A stretch of 64,000 bases of DNA from Octopus vulgaris (lineage: Eukaryota). The notes beneath the pieces were generated by a model. The model did not search any database and was not told where the DNA came from. It saw only the letters and a program-made list of their open reading frames with translations. Shown here piece after piece: positions 56,608 through 64,000 of the stretch. Position numbers and translations under genes: made by a program. The stretch is from NCBI GenBank assembly GCA_951406725.2, contig OX597824.1, positions 75,020,001-75,084,000 of the forward strand. Direction: 5' to 3'. How positions within the stretch are numbered: position 1 is the stretch's first letter; every line of letters starts with the position of its first letter.

Positions 56608-57575
56608 GGATGGTATATAATAAATGGCATGGAGCCACTGTTAAAACACACGAAGAAGGCATGCATCATCAAAACTGAAAATTGTGTAACTACAGAAAAA
56701 TTTAAAGAAGAAATGAAGAGAAAAAAGGAAAAAGGAGATAAAAATGTATGGTCAGTTTGCAAGAAATGTAAATGCCATGACAGATATAGAGAACCGGTGG
56801 CTATGGATGAGGTGAAGTGACCTGAAGATAGAGACAGAAGTATTCATATGCGCAGCTCAGGAACAAGCATTAAGGACCAATTATATGAAGTGAAGAATTG
56901 ACAACACTACTGATAGTGGCAAATGCAGAAAGTGTGGTGAGAGGGGTGAAATGGTATGGCACATCATTAGCGAATGCCTGAAATTGGTGCAACGCAAATA
57001 CAAATGATGCCATGACAATGTGGCAAGAACGATCCATTGAGAGCTCAGTGGAAATCATGGCTTAGGAAGAGCAAAGACATGGTATGAGCAAACCCCAGAA
57101 TGAGTCAATGAAAATGAGAACTGCAAAATCCTGTGGGATGTAATGATCTGGTGTGATCACCTGACCAGACACAGGAAATTGGATAGTGTGGTGAATAAAA
57201 AAGAAAGAACATGTATGATAGTTGACATAGCATGCTCTGGTGACAACAGGATCAATGTCAAAGAAGCAAAAAAAACTATGACGATTTAAAGTGGGAAATA
57301 TGAAGGTTGTGGTCAATAAGGAGAGTAGACATGATACCAATAATAATTGGCACTCTTGGAAGTATCAGCACTCAACTACCATCATGGCTGAAAAAGACCG
57401 GTGTAAGTGTGAAGGTAGAACACCTACACAAATCAGCATTGCTTGGAACTGCAAGAATTCTTCACAAGGTTCTTGAAGCATGACCAGTAAACAAGTGTCA
57501 CCTAAGTCTGCTGGCTGTGGAGAGCTGACACTTTCCATCATACCCAGCAAAATAAGCTGTGAGTTTTCATCCCAT
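56607..57575 (+). mobile_element. 5'-truncated R4/Dong LINE (subfamily 2)
   Basis: CAAQEQALRTNY, CRKC...HIISEC, HDNVAR; 3' part matches 19523-19898(-); TAA tracts at both ends. Confidence 0.88.
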
Positions 57576-57777
57576 AATAACAACAACAATAATAATAATA
57601 TTTTCTATGATAGGCAGAAGGCAAAAGTCGACCTTGGTGGGATTTGAACTCAGAATGTAGAGACAGACAAAATACTGCTAACGTTATTTACCTAAGTTTT
57701 AACATCATCATAAGCATTTCACCTGGCTTAATAATGAATCTGCCAGCTTGGAAGTTATAATAATAATAATAATAATA

Positions 57778-57808
<31 letters not shown>

Positions 57809-57859
57809 CAACAACAACAACAACAGCAACAATAATAATGATAATAATAATAATAATTA

Positions 57860-59904
57860 TAAAAATAATTCTTTTAAAAGGAAGTATAATATTGAAAGAA
57901 AGGGCCTGAAAGTAGTAAGGGAGGAATGAAACAGCACCTTGTTGCAAAGAAAGCAAAGATGGTACGATACGAGTAAAGAATGAAGGGTTACCACCAGAAC
58001 AGGTTATTTGGAGTAGATCAGAAGAGATTCTATAAAGAAATAAATGGAGAGTGTACAGATGAAAAGTTGATACAAGATAACATTGAAAGTCAAAGGTTTT
58101 GGAGTGACATCTGGAACGAAAACAAGGTGCACAAGGAGGATGCTGAATGGTTGCAAGAACTGAAACAAACAGTAGTCTGTCCAAAACAGGTAGAACTAGC
58201 CATTTCACGGAAGTGAAGGAAATCAGCAAAAAAATGGGCAACTGGAAGGTTCCGGGACCAGATGGAGTTCAAGGCTATTGGATCAAAAGATTTGGTGAAT
58301 GTCATGCACAAATAGCTGCACAACTCCTTGTTAAACACTCTGGTGTTACTTGGTTGGCAAACCAAGTAACACCAGAGTGGTTGACATTGGGTAGGACAAT
58401 ACTGTGCCTGAAAAACACTGAGAAAGGCAATACAGTAGACAATTACAGGCCGATATCCTGTTTGCCGCTGATGTGGAAGTTATTGACTGGAATGTGTTAG
58501 TCTTGAAGAGAGGCAAAATCAAATGTATGGAGGGGCTAATGATACCATCGAGGGAGGTTATGAAGCAGATAGAAGAGATGGGCTATAAGTACTTGGGGAT
58601 TTTGGAAATGGATAAATTGATGGAGAAAGAAATGACAGAAAAATTTAAGCTGGAGTATTTGCACAGACTGAGACTGATCCTTAAGTCGAAATTAAACGGA
58701 CGGAATAAGATTGAATGTATCAACACCTGGGCGGTTTCACTCCTTAGATATGGAACAGGGGTAATGGCCTGGACAGTAGACAAACTAAACAGCTTAGACA
58801 GAAAGACAAGGAAGTTGCTAACTAGATATGGGTCACTCCACCCAAAAAGTGACACAGACAGACTGTATGTACCAAGAAAAAGAGGGGGAAGAGGACTTAT
58901 CGGCTGCGAACATAGAATTAGAGTAGAAGAAAACAACATAGCATGGTATGTAAAAAATGCCACAGAACCACTATTATTAGAAGTAAGAAGGTCAGCTGTG
59001 TGTAGGATGAAAGATTTCAAGGATAGAGCACTATACAAGAAATTGAAAACGAATGAAACTGAAAATAGGTGGGTAAAGAAAAGAATGCATGGTCAGTTTC
59101 ATTGGGATGTTGAAGTTAAGACAGAGAAAAATGATGGCTGTGGATGACTAAAAGTAATTTAAAACCTGAAACGGAGGTTCTAATCTGTGCTGCCCAAGAG
59201 CAAGTGCTAAGAACAAACTACATAAAATACAGAATAGACAACACATCAGAAAGTAATAAGTGCAGAATCTGTGGACAAAACAGTGAAACCGTATGGCATA
59301 TTAGCAGCCAGTGTACACCACTAGCCCAGAAGGAATATAAGAGATTCCATGACAATATAGCCAGGCTTGTCCATTGGACGCATTGCAACAAGTATGGACT
59401 TGACAAAGATAAAAATTGGTACAATCACAAACCTGAAGGCATCATCGAAAATAGAAATGCATAGATCCTATGGGATTTTATTCAGTGTGACCATGACATA
59501 TAGAATAGGAAGCCGGTCATACTCTTAATTGAGAAAGAAAACAAACTATGTTGGATCATAGACATAGCATGCCCAGCTGACAACAAGGTATGCGATAAGG
59601 AAGAAAGAAAAGTCGATAGATATGACAGGTTAGCTTAGGAAGTTAAGCAGTTGTGGTGGATGAAAAAGGCAGCAGTAGTACCAATAATTGTTGGAGCCCT
59701 GGGAACAGTGAGTAAAAATCTCGAGAAGAGCATGGAACAAATAAGGGCTGCAATAAGGTTGGAGCACTTGCAGAAAACAGCACTGCTTGGAACTGCTCGA
59801 ATACTTCGGAAGGTGCTTGAAAAATAAGAGATGTTACCTTAGTTCACTGGTAGTGAACAGATAACACTGTAGTACATCTCCAGAATTAGAAGCTGTGCAA
59901 AGGC
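57860..59904 (+). mobile_element. R4/Dong LINE (subfamily 3) with the RT core deleted near 58495
   Basis: WKVPGPDGVQGYW and NYRPISCLPLMWKLLTG are fused to VLKRGK..YKYLGI; RLYVPRKRGGRGL; CRIC; LQKTALLGTARILRKVL; 3' (TAA/CAA)n. Confidence 0.9.
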
Positions 59905-59954
59905 AATAATACTAATAACAACAACAACAACAATAATAATAATAATAATAATAA

Positions 59955-60420
59955 TGGTTTCAAATTTTGGCACAAGGCTAGCAATTTTGGAGGAAGGAGT
60001 AAGTTGATTACATTGAGCCCAGTGCACAACTAGTATTTATTTTATTGACCCTGAAAGGATGAAAGGTAAAGTCGACCTTGGCAGAATTTGAACTCAGAAT
60101 GTAAAGGCAGATGAAACACCACTAAAAATCTTGCCTTGCTGCTAATGCATCTCCTAGCTTGCCACCTTGATAATGATAATGATAATGATAATCGTAATAA
60201 TCCTTTCTACTCAAGGCACAAGGGCAGAAAATTTGGGGGGTGGGGCAGGACTAGTCAATTACATCGATCCTAGTGTTTCACAAGTACTTAATTTATCAAC
60301 CTCAAAAGGATGAAAGGCAAAGTTGACTTCAGCTGAACTTGAACTCAAAATGTAATGGCATACAAAATGTTGCTAAGCATTTTGCCTGGCATGGTAACTA
60401 TTCAGCCAGCTTGTTGCCTT
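59955..60420 (-). mobile_element. Two CpG-decayed Nin/Deu-like SINE copies
   Basis: Align to the 51600-51789 pattern with many CG>TG/CA changes. Confidence 0.8.
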
Positions 60421-60481
60421 AATAATAATAATAATAATAATAACAACAACAACAACAGCAATAATAATAATGATAATAATA

Positions 60482-61462
60482 CTGAAGTAAGACCTTACAT
60501 AGACAGTAACAAATTTGTTAACGTCAGAAGAAACATTATGAAAAAAGAATTACTGAATGAAGTAGAGATTGACCAAATTAAACAAGCAATAGAGGATAAA
60601 AAGAACGAAACTGTAGCTAAAGAAGATACTACAGAGGAAATAATTATAGACCAGTCCAGGGCTGATGAAAACGCAGTAATGATTGAAAGAGTTAATGTAA
60701 TTGATAGGCAAAGTGAAATACTCCCTGAACCAACCATAAACACTAAGGCAGATGAAAATCAAATAGATGTAGAAAGTCACACAAATATTGACCCAACAGA
60801 ACTACATGATCTAAAAAATAAAATCATGATTGAATGGCTGAAAATTAAAGAAACCAGCATGGATGAACGCGATACTCTCCCAAAAATCCACAATTCTAAC
60901 CAGAACCTGAAAATAATTGGTAAAATCCGCCTTGCACTAAAGGATATAATTTCAACTGATGATGTTGATTTCACAGATCTCAACCACCTGTACTATGCAT
61001 CTGCGAAAATCTCAACGTTTCTATGTGGTGAAAAGATTAGAAAATGGCAACATTCCTACAAAAAGCCTTCTTGGCAAGAGCGTATCAATTAAACTACTTA
61101 GGTCTGAGATTGAATGTATGAAAATCCTTAAGTTTGACAAGACTACCAAACCTACAAAACCTGAAAATTAAAGAAAAAAATATAATATGAAAACCATACT
61201 TGACATTGATGCCACCATAGAAACCATCAAACAAAAGGTATGTGCCAAAGCTGCCCACATAGCAAGGTGTGAAAAGCGTGTTAGATTTTTCAAGGACAAC
61301 AACATGTTCAGAAATAACCCCCAAAATTTTTATAGGAATATAGGGAAAACACCAGTTACTGTAAAGTCTGTCCCATCAAAAGAAGAAGTGCAGGGATTTG
61401 GGAATAAAATTTGGGCAGAAGAAAAAACACAATGAAAATGCCCCTTGAATTGATAGAATATC
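60482..61462 (+). mobile_element. 5' (pre-RT) portion of Dong subfamily 5
   Basis: DLNHLYYASA..KPSWQERI, KQKVCAKAAHIAR, FFKDNNMF; overlaps 33334-33700 and 17760-18270(-); begins at (TAA)n. Confidence 0.85.
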
Positions 61463-61470
61463 TATCTATA

Positions 61471-61524
<54 letters not shown>

Positions 61525-61786
61525 AATATTAGGGAGTATATCCAAACTTACAGGGAAAAAGTAGATTTAGGATTAAATCAAATTTTACAGTATAAATATA
61601 AATTAAATTAGAGATAAAACCACTATTAGGCAAATCAAACAGTGAAAGAAATAAACCAAAACGTAAAAATAAATATAATTAATATAATATACAAAATAAA
61701 TAAAATATAAAATTTAAAATTTAAATTATTTAAATTTAAAATTTAAAATTTATATTTATATTTATATTTTATCTCTAATTTATATA

Positions 61787-61905
<119 letters not shown>

Positions 61906-62242
61906 TATGTATATATATGCACACACACATACCTACATAATGGGCTTTCACACAATTTCTTTATACCAGATTCCCTGACAAGGCATGGGGAAACCTCTAA
62001 CTATAGTAGAAGACACTTGCCAAAGGTGCCAGTTAAATATACAGCTTATATAGTTGCCAGAGAAGAGTCCAGTTTGATATAATATTCAACTACAGACTAC
62101 AGACTACCAGTCAGTTTGTCTATCTATCTGTCTATCTATTTATTATCTATCTGTTTGTCTGTCTGTCTATCTATCTGCCTGTTTGTCTGCCTGTCTGTCT
62201 ATCTATCTATCTATGTATCTATCTATCTATCTATCTGTCTAA

Positions 62243-62500
62243 AATAAATAAATGCACCCTTTTAGAGCCTAGCCAGGCTCATGGGCCCGGTTTGCCGGTT
62301 TCTATGGCATATGTGTTCCCCAGCTGGACGGGACACCAGTCCATTGCAGCGTTACTCATTTTTACCAGCTGAGTGGACTGGAGCAATGTGAAATGAAGTG
62401 TTTTGCTCAAGAACACAATGCATTGACCGGTCCAGGAATCGAAACTACAATCTTACGATCATGGTGCTGACACCCTAACCACTAAGCCATGTGCCTCCAC
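62243..62500 (-). mobile_element. tRNA-derived SINE with 14-bp TSD
   Basis: atctatctgtctaa occurs at 62229-62242 and 62501-62514. Confidence 0.9.
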
Positions 62501-63133
62501 ATCTATCTGTCTAACTACCTATCAATTACAAACAGGTTACCAGATCAATCTTGTGAAGTTAATTCTCACAATCTACCATTCATTTCAGCAAACCAGCAGA
62601 AAGAGATATCAGATGAATGAGATACATTTCTATCACAAACTACCATTGTCCATTAGTGAGTTCATAGGTTAAAAATCAACTTAGAAATGTCGAGTTTTAG
62701 ATCACAAAATCTGCCAATCAATTTATCCGGTTATCAGCCATAGGTACTCAAGCAATATGGTAAAGTTCAGCTTTATGCTGCATTCTATAAGTCGGTTTAG
62801 CTAGCTGTCAGGATCAAGTACCAAACATCAAACTGGTAACATTAAAATACACACTAGTATCCACTAGCTAGTTCCCCTTGATAATAATGCTGTTTGATCG
62901 TCCTATGTATTTCTGTTTAACCTTGGGTCATCCCTGATTCACCAGACCTTTGATTGACCATCATCATCAAATCATTTTTCTATATCTATATCAGGAACTG
63001 CATTATCCAATGTATCCTGCTTTATTTAAAATGACTGTGGAAGATTTTGGAAGCTATGTCTGGTAAGTCAAGTATTCCATTGGTACTTCTGCTCTGTCAT
63101 GGTTAGGCAAATAGATATCCAGATCAATGTGCA

Positions 63134-63901
63134 GTCCACCAACCAGTTCATTAATCTTATTTCTTTATTGCCCACAAGGGGCTAAACATAGAGGGGACAA
63201 ACAGGGACAGACAAACGGATTAAGTTGATTACATCGATCACAGTATGCAACTGGTACTTAATTTATTGACCCTGAAAGGATGAAAGGCAAAGTCTACCTT
63301 GGTGGAATTTGAACTCAGAATGTAGCAGCAGACGAAAAACTGCGAAGCATTTCGCCCGGCATATTAATGTTTCTGCCAGCTCACCGCCTTCTGTTCATCA
63401 ATCTGTTCTTCAATTGGTCAGGAACAAGTAACAGATCAGTTTTGAAATGCTGGTTCACCAAGCTATCAGCTCATCTTTTGGTTCACCAAGCTATCAATTC
63501 ATCTGTTGGTTCACCAAGCTATCAAGTACAAGTACCATATTTGATGGCATAAAAGATGAATGGTCATGTTCAGGAAAAAAATCTTTTATTGCATAAAACA
63601 AGTAAAATAGGCCTAACTTTGCATGAAAAATAGGTCCAACTGTGGTAATTTTTTGAAACATTTCTTTTATGGAAAAAGAATACTCTTATATATGCTGTCA
63701 AGTATGGTACCTTATCAAGATTATCAAACTACAAAACTTGATAATATTAGGCAATAAAAGGATTTTTTCCTGAATATGACCATTCATCTTTTATACCATC
63801 AAATATAGTACTTGTACTTGAACTTGATAGGTTGGTGAACCAACATTTCAAAACTGATTTGTTACCTGTTCCTAACAGATTGATGTACTGATTGGTGGAC
63901 C
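63134..63901. repeat. Long imperfect inverted repeat (fold-back/MITE-like)
   Basis: 63420-63592 is mirrored by 63751-63872; the similarity extends to gtccaccaa at 63134 once the SINE is removed. Confidence 0.7.
63158..63388 (-). mobile_element. Nin/Deu-like SINE inserted into one arm of an inverted repeat
   Basis: gttcattaatct (63146-63157) and gttcatcaatct (63393-63404) form a near-TSD. Confidence 0.8.
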
Positions 63902-64000
63902 ACAGTCTAAGGTTGAACATTACTACATTGATATTATCCAAGACTTGGACAATATTCCACCAATCAGTTGAACTAATTGCCAGGGAAAGGTACTGTGTCA

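Overview
AT-rich, repeat-saturated animal DNA with no convincing host protein-coding exon. The SINE repertoire, microsatellite density and abundance of Dong/R4 LINEs suggest an octopus (coleoid cephalopod) genome; this is an inference. Most listed ORFs are read-throughs of microsatellites. The real content is: (1) about 15 fragments from at least 6-7 subfamilies of R4/Dong-type non-LTR retrotransposons (RT + CCHC + restriction-like endonuclease, RLE), almost all joined to (TAA)n in one fixed orientation, including a 10-kb head-to-tail chain at 27.1-37.3 kb; (2) a distinct RLE lineage associated with (TACA)n; (3) a GIY-YIG Penelope-like element plus several small hammerhead-like or fold-back elements; (4) two mariner-family elements; (5) Helentron-associated (HINE/DINE-1-like) elements; (6) L1/Tx1-like fragments; (7) modular tRNA-derived SINEs with clear target-site duplications (TSDs), a ~1-kb SINE palindrome and an 88-bp SINE-derived minisatellite. 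Repeat copies beyond ~56 kb show marked CpG decay relative to sister copies upstream, which hints at a methylated gene body. Boundaries of degenerate elements are approximate and were read by eye.
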